A stretch of 64,000 bases of DNA from Alphaproteobacteria bacterium (GTDB taxonomy: Bacteria; Pseudomonadota; Alphaproteobacteria; Bin95): NCBI GenBank assembly GCA_965205265.1, contig CBDBGH010000003.1, forward strand, positions 2,880,001 to 2,944,000, read 5' to 3'. The translations under genes were made by a program, and so were the position numbers. How positions within the stretch are numbered: the stretch's first letter is position 1; the number at the start of each line of letters is the position of its first letter. The notes under the pieces were generated by a model. It ran no database searches. It was not told the DNA's origin and saw only the letters and a program-made list of their open reading frames with translations. Below are positions 36,711 through 46,997 of the stretch, in pieces.

Positions 36711-37442
36711 TCACTTCGACTTTCGGGCGGCGCGCAGGTGGAGGCGGTCGGCCCAACGGTAGAATTTCGCCGCGATGTGCTCCACCGCGGTCCGCTCGAC
36801 CTTCGGCCGCGTCCGGATGGTGGACGGCACCCCGGCGTGCCGGACGATGCCCGGATCGACGGCCCGGAAGGCCAGCCCGTTCTGCCACCATTCCGCATAG
36901 AGCCAGTCTATCGGCGCGCGGATGCGCCAGCAGTAGTGGAGCAGCGCCTCGGCCGCCTCCAGCCGGATGAGGTAGCCGTGGGCGCCGGCGTGGCGGCGGC
37001 GAAACCGGACGAGCCACCGGCAACCGTCCAGCACGGCGTAAACGCGGTCTATGGGGTATCGCTTCTTCGGCGCGAGGTGGACGATGTCCCATTCGTCTTC
37101 CGCCTTCATGATTTCCTCGACGATGACGGCGAACCCGTCCTCCAGCCGTGCATCGTCCTCCAGAATGAGGGCATGGGGCATCCGGTCCTCGACCATGCGT
37201 TGCCAGAGGGCGTAGTGCGACAGGAAGCAGCCGATCTCGCCGGGCGAGAGTTCGCGGCCCCGTATAGTGCGCCACCACGCGGCCTGCATACGGTGCCGGT
37301 ACGCGCTCTCGTCCAGCCTGTCCCCGTCCACGGCGTCGAAGAATTCGAAGTCGAACCCGACGAGCTCTCTCTGCATTGCGGCGCGCCGCTCTGCCTCCCG
37401 TGCGAGAGAAATGACGAAGATCGGCGGGAAGGCGTTCGGCAT
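36711..37442 (-). CDS. Glycosyltransferase family 25 (LPS biosynthesis-like)
   Basis: FVISL, FFDAVDG, GEIGCFLSH, LILEDD. Confidence 0.9.
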   Translation of the reverse strand: MPNAFPPIFVISLAREAERRAAMQRELVGFDFEFFDAVDGDRLDESAYRHRMQAAWWRTIRGRELSPGEIGCFLSHYALWQRMVEDRMPHALILEDDARLEDGFAVIVEEIMKAEDEWDIVHLAPKKRYPIDRVYAVLDGCRWLVRFRRRHAGAHGYLIRLEAAEALLHYCWRIRAPIDWLYAEWWQNGLAFRAVDPGIVRHAGVPSTIRTRPKVERTAVEHIAAKFYRWADRLHLRAARKSK

Positions 37443-37794
37443 GACGGACCCCACAAGGCCCGTCGCTGGTGCCGGGCCGTTGCAAACCGACATGGGAATC
37501 CATGAGGCCCCGCCTATTCACCCTGACTCGGGGAGCTACCCCTCGTCCGGAACAGGTTGTTCTATTCAGCGGGCGACCCGGCGTATGCCGAGAGCCCATG
37601 TCGGTTTGCGGAAGTCAGTCTGCGTTCTGAAAAAGATCGGTGCAAGACAGTCATGGCGGCGGACATCGACAGCCGGCCCGGAGGACATGGAGCGGGTCGT
37701 CGGCCCGACAGAGGCGCAGCGCGGCTTGACCCGCGGGCGCTCCGGGCGGATAAGGGCCCCCGTTGCAGCGAGGCGATGGAGCGCGAGCGAGGCC

Positions 37795-38091
37795 ATGCGA
37801 GCATGCATCTTCAGCCCGACCCGCACGGCGATGCAGCAGGGCCGGGGGCGGACCGGCATGTGGGTGGTCGAATTCGAGCAGGAATCGGCCCGCCAGGTGG
37901 ACCCGCTCATGGGCTGGACCGGCTCCCGCGATACCCGCCAGCAGGTGCGGCTGGAATTCGCGACGCAGGAGGCGGCAGTCGCCTATTGCAAGAAGCGCGG
38001 CCTCGAATACACCCTGCGCGCCCCGCAGCAGCGCCGCGTGAGACCGAAGGCCTATGCGGACAATTTCCGCTGGCACCGGGTCTCCGGGTAA
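37795..38091 (+). CDS. ETC complex I subunit conserved-region protein (NDUFS4-like)
   Basis: TAMQQG, DPLMGWTGS, YADNF. Confidence 0.88.
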   Translation: MRACIFSPTRTAMQQGRGRTGMWVVEFEQESARQVDPLMGWTGSRDTRQQVRLEFATQEAAVAYCKKRGLEYTLRAPQQRRVRPKAYADNFRWHRVSG

Positions 38092-38101
38092 GCGGACATG
38101 C

Positions 38102-38178
38102 GCGCCCTTAGCTCAGCTGGATAGAGCAGCGGACTTCTAATCCGCAGGTCGGAGGTTCGAGTCCTCCAGGGCGCGCCA
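38102..38178 (+). tRNA. tRNA-Arg (anticodon UCU)
   Basis: GCGCCCTTAGCTCAGCTGGATAGAGC...CTTCTAA...GGTTCGAGTCC...GCCA, 77 nt. Confidence 0.96.
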
Positions 38179-38212
38179 GACCGCCCGTCGCGGCGGCGGG
38201 GCCGCGTTCCCG

Positions 38213-39217
38213 CTACGGCGCCACCACGATCTTGCCGAAGACCTCGCGGTCTTCCAGCATGCGCACGCCTTCGGCGGCGTCCTCCAGCGGCAGTTCGACA
38301 TCGATGGGCGGATCGAGCCGGCCGGCGGCGATGTCCGCCATCATTTCCTTCAGGCCTTCCACAGTCCAGCTGTTGGAGCCGAGGATCTGGAGCTCGAAGG
38401 TCCAGATGTAGCGGATGTCGGTCTTGGGGTCGAAGCCCGCCGTCGCCCCGCAGGTCAGCATCCGGCCGCCGCGCTTGAGCGCCTTCATCGAGGGTACCCA
38501 GGTGTCGCCGCCGGTGAAATTGACCACCACATCGACGCCGCGCTCATAGGAGCGCCGGAAGGGCTTGCCGTAGCGCTTCCAGATCTCGCGCTCGAATTGG
38601 GTCTCGACATAGTTCAGCCCCTCGTCGGCGCCGAGCGCCAGCAGGCGGTCGATCTTCTCCTGGCTGCTGGCGGCGGCGATGACATGCGCGCCGACCGCCT
38701 TGGCGAGCAGCACGCAGGCATTGCCGACGCCGCCCGAGGCGCCGAGGATCAGCACCGTCTCGCCCGCCTTCACATGCCCGTTCTCGAACATCATCCGGTG
38801 CGCCGTGCCGTAAGCGACCGGCAGCGACGCCGCCTGGGCGAAGCTCACCCCTTCCGGAATCGGCACGAGCTGTCCTGCCGAGCAAAGCGTCTTCTCCGCA
38901 AGCCCGCCGTCGAGCATTTCGCCCATCAGGCCCCGCTCGGGCCAGATCGGGTCCACCAGCACCCGGTCGCCGACGGACCAGCCCTCGACACCGTCGCCGA
39001 GGGCCTCGATCTCGCCGGCGAGGTCGAGGCCGGGCACGACCGGAATCGGCACCTTGATGCCCGGCATGCCGCGCCGGGTGAAGACATCGTGGTAGTTGAG
39101 CGAGCAGGCCCCGACCCGGATGACGACCTCGCCCGGCCCCGGCTCCGGCTCCGGCCAGTCGCTCCGGAAGCGGAGCTTGTCCTGCCCGCCATGGCCTTCG
39201 AGAACGAGTGCGCGCAT
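38213..39217 (-). CDS. MDR-family (quinone oxidoreductase / Zn-ADH-like) dehydrogenase
   Basis: SLNYHD, GASGGVG, FGKIV. Confidence 0.88.
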   Translation of the reverse strand: MRALVLEGHGGQDKLRFRSDWPEPEPGPGEVVIRVGACSLNYHDVFTRRGMPGIKVPIPVVPGLDLAGEIEALGDGVEGWSVGDRVLVDPIWPERGLMGEMLDGGLAEKTLCSAGQLVPIPEGVSFAQAASLPVAYGTAHRMMFENGHVKAGETVLILGASGGVGNACVLLAKAVGAHVIAAASSQEKIDRLLALGADEGLNYVETQFEREIWKRYGKPFRRSYERGVDVVVNFTGGDTWVPSMKALKRGGRMLTCGATAGFDPKTDIRYIWTFELQILGSNSWTVEGLKEMMADIAAGRLDPPIDVELPLEDAAEGVRMLEDREVFGKIVVAP

Positions 39218-39231
39218 GTGGCCCCTCCCTG

Positions 39232-40497
39232 CTATTCGGCGGCGGCGGTATCGGTAACGTTCGCCGCGTTCGGCGCGGCGGCCGCTTCCTTGGCCGCCAT
39301 CTTCGCCTTGAGCTGCTCGGGCGTGAGACGCACGATGTCCTCGTTCTGGTGCGCATAGCGCCGCGCGCCCTCGACCGAGAGCGCTTCCAGCTCGATCTCG
39401 CCGGCAAGCACACCCGCTTTCCAGGCGGCATGCTCCTCCTCCATCGCATGGAACTCCGGCATGACCTCGCGGGCGAACAGCTCCAGCGAGGCGCAGATGT
39501 CCTCATGCGTGTTCTGGCCGGCCTGGTTCAGCAGGATCACCTGGTCCACATTGGCGGCGGCGAAGGCGCGCAGCTTGCCCCGGATGGTTTCCGGGGAGCC
39601 GATCAGGCCCGCGGTCAGCGCCTGCTGCGCCTTCTCCGTGTGGCGCCAGTCCTGGTAGAGCTTCCAGAGGTCGGTCTCGCCGGGGGCGGAGATGCCGTGC
39701 CGCCCGTAGTGGCTCAGGCAGAAGATGAAGAAGGTCCACCCGGCGGCCTTCTCGACGGCTTCCTCGTCCGTCTCGCAGCACATGAAGCCCGAGACCATGG
39801 CGATGTTCGGATTGACCGGGTAGTCGCAGATCCGGTCGAGATGGCGGGTGAGGTTCGTGTAGTAGCGGTTGACCCACGCCTTCGCGGCCTCGGGCGAGAC
39901 GAACTGGAAGCCGAGCGCCCCCATGCCCCAGCGGCCGGCGTCCTCTATGGTATCGATATTGGAGCAGGCGACCCAGAGCGGCGGGTGCGGCTTCTGCAGC
40001 GGCTTCGGCACGACATTGCGCTTCGGGTAGCTGTAGAACTCGCCGCTGAACTCGAAGGCGGTCTCGGTAAACAGCGGGATCGTCGCCTTCACGCCCTCGA
40101 TCCAGCGGTCGCGCTTGGAGCGCACCTGCACGCCGAAGGGATGCAGCTCCACCGGCCCCTGCGCCTCGCCGAGGCCGAGCTCCACCCGCCCGCCGGAGAG
40201 CAGGTCGAGGGTCGAGACCTTCTCGGCCACGCGGACCGGGTGGTTGGTGGTAAGCTGGATGACGCCGTGGCCGAGGCGGATATTGCGGGTGCGCTGGCTG
40301 GCCGCGCCGAGGAAGACTTCCGGCGCGGAGGAGTGCGAATACTCCTCGAGGAAATGGTGCTCGACCTCCCACGCATAGTCGTAGCCGAGCCCGTCGGCGA
40401 GCTCGATCTGGGCCAGCGATTCCTCCAGCAGCAGCCGTTCGCTGTCCGGCCCCCAGGGCCGCGGAAGCTGGTGTTCGTAAAAAATGCCGAATTTCAT
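39232..40497 (-). CDS. Luciferase-like flavin-dependent monooxygenase (LLM)
   Basis: EVEHHF, HPVRVAE, LDLLSGGRVELG, PKPLQKPHPPLW. Confidence 0.9.
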   Translation of the reverse strand: MKFGIFYEHQLPRPWGPDSERLLLEESLAQIELADGLGYDYAWEVEHHFLEEYSHSSAPEVFLGAASQRTRNIRLGHGVIQLTTNHPVRVAEKVSTLDLLSGGRVELGLGEAQGPVELHPFGVQVRSKRDRWIEGVKATIPLFTETAFEFSGEFYSYPKRNVVPKPLQKPHPPLWVACSNIDTIEDAGRWGMGALGFQFVSPEAAKAWVNRYYTNLTRHLDRICDYPVNPNIAMVSGFMCCETDEEAVEKAAGWTFFIFCLSHYGRHGISAPGETDLWKLYQDWRHTEKAQQALTAGLIGSPETIRGKLRAFAAANVDQVILLNQAGQNTHEDICASLELFAREVMPEFHAMEEEHAAWKAGVLAGEIELEALSVEGARRYAHQNEDIVRLTPEQLKAKMAAKEAAAAPNAANVTDTAAAE

Positions 40498-40564
40498 GCG
40501 GTGGATTTCTCCGGAAACCGTCCCCGCCGAATCCTAGCACGAACCGGCCGCCGGGCGGGCCGGG

Positions 40565-43500
40565 TCACTCCGCCGCTGCGGGCGCGGGCGCTTCGAGGCG
40601 TGTGCGGCGGCGCTCCTCCAGCGGGGCGAGGATCAGGCCGAGCAGCGGCGGGATGATGGTCAAGGTCAGCACCGCCGAGAGCGACAGCCCGCCCAGCACC
40701 ACCGAACCCAGCCCCCGGTAGAGCTCCGAGCCCGCGCCGGGGAACAGCACCAGCGGGGCCATGCCGAATATGCTCGTCAAGGTGGACATGTAGATCGGGC
40801 GCAGCCGGTCTTTCGTCGCCTCCCGGATCGCGTCGGACGGCGCCATGTTGCCCTCCCGGATATGGAACAGCGCCTGGTGGACCAGCAGGATGGCGTTGTT
40901 GACGACGATGCCGACCAGGATGATGAAGCCGAGCAATGTCAGCATGTCGAGCGGCTGGAAGGCGAACAGGTTCAGCACGGCCAGGCCGAGCACGCCGCCG
41001 GCCGTCGCCAGCGGCACCGAGATCATGATGACCAGCGGATAGACGAAGCTCTCGAACAGCACCGCCATGACCAGGAACACGATGGCGACCGCGATCAGCA
41101 GGTCGAGCACGATGTGGTTCCAGGTGATCGTGAGCTGGTCGGCCGCGCCGGAGAGCCGGAGCTTCACCCCGGGCGGCAGGCCGCCGTCCCGGAGCGGCGC
41201 GATCACCTCGGCGCGCACGAGGTCCATCGCCTCCTCCAGCGGCATTTGCGCACGCGGCCGGATCTGCAGCGTGACCGTGCGCACCCGCTCCTTGTGCCGG
41301 ATTTCGGTCGGCCCGCTGGTCACTTCTATGTTGGCGAGCGAGGAGGCTGGCAGGATGACGCCGTTCCGCGTCACCACAGGCAGGAAGTCGATGCCCTGCG
41401 TGGAGGCGACATTGTCGGTCGGCCCCTTGAGGACGAGATTGGTGCGCCGCCCGTCTATGGTCACCCGCGCCACCCGGAGCCCGTCATTGAAGGCGTCGAT
41501 GGTGTCCGCCAGTTCGCGCGCCGAGACGCCGTTGTCCGCGAGCCGGAGCCGGTCCGGCAGCACGCGCACTTCCGGCGCGCCGAGTTCGAGGCCGGGGATC
41601 GGGCGGAGCTGGTTGCCCTCGCCGCGCGGCAGCGCCTGCGCCGTCATGCCGGTCGCCCGTCCCGCCACCGCCATCACGGTTTCGAGGTCGGGTCCGGAAA
41701 TGTCGAGGTCGATCGACCGCTTGCCGCCTATGCCGCGCCCGAAGATCGACGCCACGGTGAAGAAGCCGAAGGTGCCGGGCTCGCGCAGCGAGGCCCCTTG
41801 CAGCACCGGCACCAGTTCTTCCGGCCTTGTGGGGTCGGTGGAGGACGCGCCGACGAAGGTGTAGGACGGCAGCGCCACGAAGAAGAAATTGGCGATCTTG
41901 GGCGGCCCGCCGGGCTCGGACTCGGGGCCGGTTTCGCTTGCCCAGAGCGCGCGCGTGGAGTCTTCGATCTCCCGGGCGATTTCGCTGTTCGTCCTGAGGT
42001 TGTAGCCCGGCGGCGGCAGCACCCGGCCGAGCACGAAATTGCGGCTGCCGTCGGGCAGGTAGTCGAGCTTCGGCGTCAGCCACCAGGCCACCGCGACCGC
42101 AAGCCCGACAATGGCCGCGACGGAAACCAGGGCGGCCTTGCGGTTCCGCACCACCGCGCCGGCATAGGCGAGCGTCGCCCGGGCGTAGCGCCGGGCAAGA
42201 CCGTCCAGCACCGGCACCTCGAAGCGCCCGCCGGTCCACACGCGCGTGGCCAGCAGGCGGCGCGAGAGCGCCGGGATGACCGTGATCGCGACGATGAGCG
42301 AGAGCATGACCGACACCGAGATCGCGACCGCGATGTCGCGGAACAGCTGCCCGACTTCGAGGTCCATGGCGAGGATCGGCACGAAGACCAGCACCGTCGT
42401 CAGCGCCGAGACAAGGATCGCCCCCCAGACCTGGCTGGCGCCGCGCAGCGCTGCCTCGCGCGGCGGCATGCCGCGCTCCCGCAGGCGGTAGATGTTCTCC
42501 AGCACCACGATGGCGGCGTCCACCACCATGCCGACCGCAAAGGCGATGCCGGCGAGCGACACGACGTTCAGCGAGCGGCCGAGCATGGCCATGGCGACGA
42601 AGGAGCCCACCACCGAGACCGGGATCGCCAGCGAGACGATCAGCGTCGGCCGCCAGGAGCGCAGGAACAGCAGCAGCATGATCGCGGCCAGCGCGCCGCC
42701 GACGACGATGTTCTGCCGCACCAGATCGATGGCGGAGACGATGTAGTCGGTCTCGTCATAGACCTGCTCCATGACGAGGCCCTCGCCGGGCAGCACGGTT
42801 TCGTTCAGTTCGGCGACGGCCGCGCGCACGCCTTCCATGGTCTCGATGACATTGGCGCCCGCCTCGCGCTTGGCGTTCATCACCACCGCGCTCTTGCCGA
42901 GGCGGCGGATGCGCGCGCGCGGCTCCGAATAGCCGTAGGAGACCTCGGCGATGTCGCCGACCGTCACGCGCCCGATCCGCCCGGTGGCGCTGTCGGCCGC
43001 CGTGCGCAGCACGACCGCGCGCACCGCTTCCGGCGTGTCCAGATCGCCCTCGGCGCGCACGAGGTAGCGCCGCTTGCCTTCCTCCACGTCGCCCGCGGAG
43101 ACCGAGGCGTTGGCGGCGCGCAGCCTCCGGGTGATTTCCGTCACGGTCAGGCCGAATTGCGCCATCCGCTCCGGCTGCACGGTGATATGCAGCTCGCGCC
43201 GGACGCCGCCGAAGGCGTCGGTCCGGGAAACGCCCTCCACCCGCTCCACCCGGTCCTGGATCACCTCCTCGACGAAATCGCCATAGGTGTGGACCGGCCG
43301 CGAATTGCCCTCGACGGTCTGGATCGCGAACCAGGCGATGGCATTGTCTTCCGCGCTCGCCGTCCTGAGCGTCGGGCGGTCGGCTTCGTCCGGATAGCCG
43401 GACACGCGGTCGAGCCGGTTGGCGACCAGCAGCAGCGCGCGGTTCATATCGGTGCCGATGGCGAAGGTGAGCGTCACCCGCGCGCGCCCGTTTTCCGACC

Positions 43501-43747
43501 GGCTCTCCACCTCCTCCAGGCCCTCGACGCCTTTCAGCATCTCCTCCTGGCGGTTGACGATCTCGCGCTCGACCTCCGCCGGGGCGGCGCCCGGCCAGAG
43601 CGTCTGGACGGTGATGATCGGCTTGCGCACGTCCGGCGTCAGCTGGATCGGGATCGTCTCCAGCGCCACCAGCCCGAACAGCACAACCATCAGCACCGCC
43701 GCGATCACCGCGATGGGGCGGTCTATGGCGAAGCGGACGAGGTTCAT
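40565..43747 (-). CDS. RND efflux transporter permease (AcrB family)
   Basis: 1060 aa; GMVVDAAIVVLENI, GIVVNNAILLV, RLRPIYMS. Confidence 0.94.
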   Translation of the reverse strand: MNLVRFAIDRPIAVIAAVLMVVLFGLVALETIPIQLTPDVRKPIITVQTLWPGAAPAEVEREIVNRQEEMLKGVEGLEEVESRSENGRARVTLTFAIGTDMNRALLLVANRLDRVSGYPDEADRPTLRTASAEDNAIAWFAIQTVEGNSRPVHTYGDFVEEVIQDRVERVEGVSRTDAFGGVRRELHITVQPERMAQFGLTVTEITRRLRAANASVSAGDVEEGKRRYLVRAEGDLDTPEAVRAVVLRTAADSATGRIGRVTVGDIAEVSYGYSEPRARIRRLGKSAVVMNAKREAGANVIETMEGVRAAVAELNETVLPGEGLVMEQVYDETDYIVSAIDLVRQNIVVGGALAAIMLLLFLRSWRPTLIVSLAIPVSVVGSFVAMAMLGRSLNVVSLAGIAFAVGMVVDAAIVVLENIYRLRERGMPPREAALRGASQVWGAILVSALTTVLVFVPILAMDLEVGQLFRDIAVAISVSVMLSLIVAITVIPALSRRLLATRVWTGGRFEVPVLDGLARRYARATLAYAGAVVRNRKAALVSVAAIVGLAVAVAWWLTPKLDYLPDGSRNFVLGRVLPPPGYNLRTNSEIAREIEDSTRALWASETGPESEPGGPPKIANFFFVALPSYTFVGASSTDPTRPEELVPVLQGASLREPGTFGFFTVASIFGRGIGGKRSIDLDISGPDLETVMAVAGRATGMTAQALPRGEGNQLRPIPGLELGAPEVRVLPDRLRLADNGVSARELADTIDAFNDGLRVARVTIDGRRTNLVLKGPTDNVASTQGIDFLPVVTRNGVILPASSLANIEVTSGPTEIRHKERVRTVTLQIRPRAQMPLEEAMDLVRAEVIAPLRDGGLPPGVKLRLSGAADQLTITWNHIVLDLLIAVAIVFLVMAVLFESFVYPLVIMISVPLATAGGVLGLAVLNLFAFQPLDMLTLLGFIILVGIVVNNAILLVHQALFHIREGNMAPSDAIREATKDRLRPIYMSTLTSIFGMAPLVLFPGAGSELYRGLGSVVLGGLSLSAVLTLTIIPPLLGLILAPLEERRRTRLEAPAPAAAE

Positions 43748-44949
43748 CCCGCTTTCGCCTTCTGCGGACCCTCGCCGGGTGTGCCGGACTTGCCGGACTT
43801 GCCGGGCTCGGCGGTCTTCGCGCCGGGCACGAGCACCGGCTGGCCGGGGCGCAGCCGCTCATTGCCGCGCACGATGGCGAGGTCGCCCTCCGCCAGCCCG
43901 TCCAGAACCTCGAAACGCGTTCCCGAGGCGCGGCCGAGGCGCACCCGGCGCCGGTCCGCCTTGCCGCCCTTCGCGACGAACACAAACGCCTGCTGCCCCT
44001 GGCGCACGATGGCGTCCTTGTGGACCGTGAGCGCCGGAGCCGCCCCGCCGACCGGCAGCACCACCGTGGCGGCCGCATTGGCGGCCAGCGGCACCGCCGT
44101 CCGCCCGAATTCCGGCGTGAAGCGCACGAGACGGGTGCGCGTCATCGCGTTCTCGTCCGGCACCACGGCCCGCACCCGCGCGCGGTGCTTCGTGCCGTCG
44201 GGCAGCAGCACCGCAACCTCAACACCCGGCGCGAGCCCCCCTATGCGCGCCGCCGGCACGTCCGCCTCGATCTCCAGCTTGCGGTCATTGACCAGCACCA
44301 GCACCGCGCCGCCTTCCTTCAGATAGGAGCCGATCTCCGTGTGAAGCGCCGTCACCACGCCGTCATAGGGTGCGCGGACCGTGCCCCGCGCCAGGTTCAT
44401 CTCCGCAAGCCCCAGACCGGCCCTCGCCTGCACAAGCTGCGCGCGCGCCGCATCCTGCTCCGAGCGCAGCCAGGCCCGCTCCTGCTCCTTGTCCTGCAGG
44501 CGCGCCTTGCTGAAGGCCGCCGAGCGGCGAAGCTTCTCATAGCGCGCAATCTCCTGCTCCACCCGCTCCAGACGGGCCCCGGCGGCAACGGCCCGCGCGG
44601 CAACGGCGTCCGCCGTGGCAGCGCGGGCGGCGCGCTCGGAGGCAAGTTTCTCGATGTCGAGCACCGCCAGAACATCGCCCGCCGCCACCCGGTCGCCCAC
44701 CTGCACGCGCATCTCGGTCACCGCACCTTCGGTTTGCGCCGCGACAGCGCCCCGCATCCGCGACACAAGCCTGCCGAACACCGGCGCCGTCTCCGCCAGC
44801 GGTTGCAGGACCACCTTGTCCACCCGCACCGGCGAAGGCCGCTGGGCCTCCGCCCCGGCAGGCCACAGCGCCAAAAACGCCAACACCGCCAAACCGGCGA
44901 GCGAAAAAACAAAGTGCAGCAGGGGAAACCGCGCCGCGATGATTGCCAT
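43744..44949 (-). CDS. RND periplasmic adaptor (membrane fusion protein)
   Basis: Lipoyl halves VQVGDRVAAGD and RAPYDGVV flanking a coiled coil; start uncertain. Confidence 0.88.
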   Translation of the reverse strand: MAIIAARFPLLHFVFSLAGLAVLAFLALWPAGAEAQRPSPVRVDKVVLQPLAETAPVFGRLVSRMRGAVAAQTEGAVTEMRVQVGDRVAAGDVLAVLDIEKLASERAARAATADAVAARAVAAGARLERVEQEIARYEKLRRSAAFSKARLQDKEQERAWLRSEQDAARAQLVQARAGLGLAEMNLARGTVRAPYDGVVTALHTEIGSYLKEGGAVLVLVNDRKLEIEADVPAARIGGLAPGVEVAVLLPDGTKHRARVRAVVPDENAMTRTRLVRFTPEFGRTAVPLAANAAATVVLPVGGAAPALTVHKDAIVRQGQQAFVFVAKGGKADRRRVRLGRASGTRFEVLDGLAEGDLAIVRGNERLRPGQPVLVPGAKTAEPGKSGKSGTPGEGPQKAKAG

Positions 44950-45100
44950 GGGCAGCTCTCTTGCCGCCGCAACACCGACGGACAGCGGCCCAAATTGGGG
45001 ACGAGCCGGGCGGAAGTCAACGGGACGGGCCCCGCCGCCGGGCGATCCGGCTATGATGGCGGGATCGGGAACCGCGTGCCGCCGGGAGGCCGGATTCGAC

Positions 45101-46030
45101 ATGACCGCGCTGCTCTTCGTCCACGAGGCCGCCGCGGGCCATGACACCGGCCCCGGTCATCCCGAGCGCGCCGCGCGGGCCCGCGCGGTCGCCGCCGCGC
45201 TGGAGGCGCCGGATTTCAGCGGCCTCGAGCGCCGCGCGCCGCCGGAGGTCGGGCGGGAGGCTCTGGAGCGCGTCCATTCCCCGGATTATGTGGACCTCGT
45301 GCTCGGCAACATGCCGGAGCGCGGCCATGTGCGCTTCGATGCCGACACCGTCGCCTCGCCCGGAACGAAGGAGGCCGCGCTGAGGGCCGCGGGCGCCGCA
45401 ATGGCCGCGGTGGATGCGCTCATGGCAGGCGAGGCGGAGACCGCCTTCTGCGCCATGCGCCCGCCCGGCCACCATGCCGAACCCGCCCGCGCCATGGGGT
45501 TCTGCTTCTTCAACAGCATCGCGGTCGGCGCCGCCCATGCCCGTGCGGTCCACAGCCTCGGCCGGGTCGCCGTGGTCGATTTCGACGTCCATCACGGCAA
45601 CGGCACCCAGGCGGTCTTCTGGGACGAGCCGAATGTGCTGTTCGCCTCGACGCACCAGATGCCGCTCTATCCCGGCACGGGCGCGGAGCGGGAATGCGGC
45701 GCGCACGGCCAGGTCGTCAACGCGCCCCTGCCGCCGGGCGCGGACGGCAGGGCGTTCCGCCGGCGCTTCGAGGAGCGCGTGCTGCCGGCGGTGGAGGCGT
45801 TCCGCCCGGAATTGATCCTGGTCTCGGCCGGCTTCGACGCCCATCGCGCCGACCCGCTGGCGCAGCTCGAACTCGACGCCGCCGATTTCTCCTGGGCCAC
45901 GAGACGGCTGCTCGCCGCCGCCCGGCGCCACGCCGGCGGCCGGCTCGCGGCCGTGCTCGAAGGCGGCTACGACCTGGATGCGCTGGAGGAGTGCGTCGGC
46001 GCGCATGTCAGGGCGCTTGCGGGAGCCTGA
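45101..46030 (+). CDS. Histone deacetylase family / acetylpolyamine amidohydrolase-like protein
   Basis: HPE, RPPGHHA, GFCFFN, DFDVHHGNGTQ, SAGFDAH, LEGGY. Confidence 0.93.
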   Translation: MTALLFVHEAAAGHDTGPGHPERAARARAVAAALEAPDFSGLERRAPPEVGREALERVHSPDYVDLVLGNMPERGHVRFDADTVASPGTKEAALRAAGAAMAAVDALMAGEAETAFCAMRPPGHHAEPARAMGFCFFNSIAVGAAHARAVHSLGRVAVVDFDVHHGNGTQAVFWDEPNVLFASTHQMPLYPGTGAERECGAHGQVVNAPLPPGADGRAFRRRFEERVLPAVEAFRPELILVSAGFDAHRADPLAQLELDAADFSWATRRLLAAARRHAGGRLAAVLEGGYDLDALEECVGAHVRALAGA

Positions 46031-46138
46031 TGCTCCGGGCCGACCGATAACGATAATATGTGGGGCTTATATGGATAGGTTGACAACAGGTTTGGGAGGC
46101 TTCGCACCTTCTCTCCGGCGTCCAACCCGCCCCCATAT

Positions 46139-46226
46139 CGTCATACCCGGACTTGTTCCGGGTATCCATGCGGCCGTCCGGCGGCAGCGGTGGAGAGAGA
46201 TACCCGGAACAAGTCCGGGTATGACG
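46139..46226. repeat. REP-like palindromic unit (same family as 23156-23242)
   Basis: CGTCATACCCGGACTTGTTCCGGGTATC ... GATACCCGGAACAAGTCCGGGTATGACG. Confidence 0.88.
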
Positions 46227-46350
46227 GAGGGGACGTGACGGAGGGGGCGTTGAGGTATGACGGAAGAAATGTCGTCGGTCTCCCCCGTCAACCTATCTTT
46301 GCAATCTCCTAATACGTTCATAAAATTCTGTTCTGATTCCTGAATATATA

Positions 46351-46378
46351 TTGACAACTTGAAAATATATGCTATAAC
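46351..46378 (+). promoter_or_regulatory. Putative sigma70 promoter heading repeated element copy 1
   Basis: TTGACA-16 bp-TATAAC with extended TG, inside an AT-rich patch. Confidence 0.6.
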
Positions 46379-46870
46379 GGACTACAAGAAAGAAGCGGCA
46401 TCCGCGGGTCCGCTTCGTTTTCGCCGTTCGCGCCGGCGCGAAAAAAGCCCCCGATTCGGCCAATGGGCGAAGTGCACCCTGCGTCCGTCTCGCGCACGCG
46501 GGCGCGCCCGGGCAATCAGGCGCGCGAACCGCGCCGCCGCGAAACGCGCGCCCACGGGCGCGGGCGCCGGCGCGCAGGATACGCGCGAATTAGGGTTCCG
46601 CCGCTCCGGCAAGCCGGGCGGCAGGAAGGACGGAACGAAATGGAACGAAACGGTATGGTGGAACGGCATGCAGGATGCGGAGGGACAGGGCCGGCGGCCG
46701 TGCGGCCCGAAAAGCCCTTGCCGGATCGAGAGAGGGCCCACCCCGGCTCTCCCTTGGCCAAGCGAAGGAGGGGGAGTCGCGGAAGGACCGGCCTCATGCC
46801 CGAACGGGCAATTGCTTATGCGTCATACGCATGCAAAACATGACATCCCATGACACGCTGCAAACTCCCG

Positions 46871-46997
46871 GCGTCGTCCCGGACGGCGCGGAGCGTCGAT
46901 CCGGGACCTCGTGCAACAGGGCGATCCTTCGTCCGGAGACCCGGCTCGGCGCTGGCGCGCCGTCCCCCGCTTTCGCGAGGGCAAGCCGGGATGACGC
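46871..46997. repeat. Second REP-like family unit nested in element copy 1
   Basis: Terminal inverted repeat GCGTCGTCCCGG / CCGGGATGACGC with internal hairpins. Confidence 0.6.

Noticed and set aside
37500-37790. Intergenic region as a possible riboswitch or ncRNA
   Set aside because: Only short hairpins; no recognisable motif and no second copy
38102-38213. tRNA-Arg and selC as island integration sites
   Set aside because: No integrase, and no duplicated tRNA 3' end seen in the window
46427-46450. Palindrome plus A-run as an intrinsic terminator
   Set aside because: The run following the hairpin is A on the element strand and precedes the hairpin as T on the other strand, so the polarity does not fit
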